Made by a program: the position numbers and the translations under genes. From positions 124,001-188,000 of the forward strand of contig JAAOMT010000661.1 of NCBI GenBank assembly GCA_016748015.1: a stretch of DNA of 64,000 nt. Reading direction: 5' to 3'. Below, in pieces: positions 62,438-64,000 of this stretch; positions within the stretch are counted from its first letter, which is position 1, and every line of letters starts with the position of its first letter. A model generated the notes under the pieces. That model searched no databases. It worked only from the letters and a program-made list of their open reading frames with translations, and was not told the origin of the DNA. The stretch is from Geosiphon pyriformis uo1. Taxonomy: Eukaryota > Fungi > Glomeromycota.

Positions 62438-63105
62438 ATGAATCCATTATCAATCAAATTACCCTTCCCACCGATCCTAACTGTCAATGAGTTTTCTCAG
62501 CGACTACAAGAAAAAGCAATAAACAACGAAGTCGAGCTCCCAATTGTTTTTTAATTTATCGTAAATGTTTTATTCAGGAAATGAAACTAAAAGGGATGAA
62601 TCTTCCTCCAATGCCTGAACTATCTGGAATAGTAGGTAAATCATGGAGACAAGAGCCGGAATATGTAAGAAACGAATATAAGCGTCTGGCAACTGAGGCA
62701 TACCAACTTCACCTTCAACATAAACGATTAGCTTCAGAAAGAAATTGGCAGCCCGAGCACTACAGCAAAGATATTGTCACCGTCTCCCGTGAAAATCAAA
62801 TTGACGTGAACAATCGAAATATGCCTAACCCAAATTTTATTATGACAAATGATTTCAATTAAAACAACGAGCCTTCATATCGAAGAGTAAATAATATACC
62901 AACATACGGTCTTCCATCACAATACGCGCCAAACTTTTCGAGCCAAAATTTTGCTCAAGAAAATCATCAATTACCAGTGTATGTTGAAATAACGAATTTT
63001 CCTATAAGCATTTCAGATAGTCACGGAAATAATTTTGTCATTTTAGAACGAATTGATCAACCAGAAGCTAATAATCAAGAAATGTTCATATGGTACAATT
63101 TTTAA
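62438..63105 (+). pseudogene. HMG-box gene with one frameshift and one in-frame stop
   Basis: ATG at 62438 (KLPFPPILT). A 1-nt shift near the A5 run at 62511 restores RAPNCFLIYRK...LSGIVGKSWRQEPEYVRNEYKRLA. After TAA at 62860-62 the frame stays open to 63105. Confidence 0.85.
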
Positions 63106-63428
63106 AAAAAAAATCAAAATAAATTCACATGATTTAGAACTTCTTGAAATAGCTCAAAGAAACTTTGATTTAACAATCTTCTAACAAGGCTGCCCTTAAA
63201 TATATCAAACTTCTAGGTATTTCAATTCATTTTTTTATACCTCTATGAATTAATCGCTCTTTGTATTGAATAATTGAGAATTATTTCTATTATTCTTATT
63301 GAATCTCGAAAAAATTAGAAAAAAATTCTATAATCATGTTCAGCAAAGATAGAATTTTTCTATTTTTCAACTGTTATAAATATTCTGGAGCTTAAAATAA
63401 CTTGCATCATAATTTCACATTGAAAGTA

Positions 63429-63731
63429 TTGTTTCAAGATCGCGCGAATTTGATTAGAGTTTATATCTTGTCACTGGTCACCGCGATCGGAACTGCTCTG
63501 GATCGAGAATCAAGCTATTTCTATAATTATTTTCTTAATCACTCATGCTTGTTTCACGATTGCACGAATTTGATTGGAGTCTATATTTTGTGACTGGTCA
63601 CCGCGATCGAAACTGCTTTGGATTGAGAATCAAACTATTTCTATAATTATTCTCCAAACAACTCATAATTGTTTCAAGATCGCGCATATTTGATTGGAGT
63701 TTATATCTTGTGACTAGTCACCGCGATCGGG
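63429..63731. repeat. 120-bp CpG-rich tandem repeat, ~2.5 copies
   Basis: TTGTTTCAAGATCGCGC...GTCACCGCGATCG recurs at 63429, 63549 and 63669. Confidence 0.93.
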
Positions 63732-64000
63732 AACCAAAATTTTATTTTTCACACAGATGTATTAATTTTCAGTTTTATTTATGATAATTTAAGAATTTGC
63801 ATTCGATAAACTTTAATACTTTGATATATGTAAAATTATTCCTTTTCTTTTTATTGAGATTACTTTCAAATTATTGAAATAACAGTTGGAAATATGCTAA
63901 GATTCTTAATGGAAGCTTTATATATTAGTTCTTGAAAGCTTAAAATATTATTAGAAATTCTTAATATAATTCTCTAATTTTGTAGTGACTATAAGAAAAG

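Noticed and set aside
2278-63105. Mating-type (sex) locus
   Set aside because: No triose-phosphate transporter, RNA helicase or HD1/HD2 homeodomain genes were seen, and HMG expansion is genome-wide in these fungi.

Overview
Very AT-rich, intron-containing eukaryotic DNA. The gene families point to an arbuscular mycorrhizal fungus or close relative (Glomeromycotina); this is an inference. The main contents are: (1) a six-exon gene (13301-15131), missed as a unit by the ORF track, that fuses an AIG1/GIMAP-type P-loop NTPase to a complete Hedgehog-type Hog domain (Hint plus sterol-recognition region), a GmGIN1-like architecture, with His at the Hedgehog D46 general-base position and two GC-AG introns; (2) a ~7.3-kb multi-exon dual hybrid histidine kinase (PAS-GAF-HisKA-HATPase-REC-GAF-HisKA-HATPase-pseudoREC-REC); (3) five intact intronless HMG-box genes plus one clear and one possible pseudogene, one with a recent 375-bp in-frame internal duplication and two sharing a C-terminal coiled-coil module; (4) a tandem pair of an unrecognised family with a C-terminal CxxC-H-H zinc finger; (5) a secreted GPI-type protein and two orphan ORFs; (6) decayed mobile DNA: a TIR-bounded pogo/Tigger element, a hypermutated long-TIR DDE element, four Tc1 fragments, a LINE 3' end, a kinase pseudogene and several minisatellites. 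No rRNA, tRNA or CRISPR was seen. All calls come from reading motifs by eye; no database search was run.
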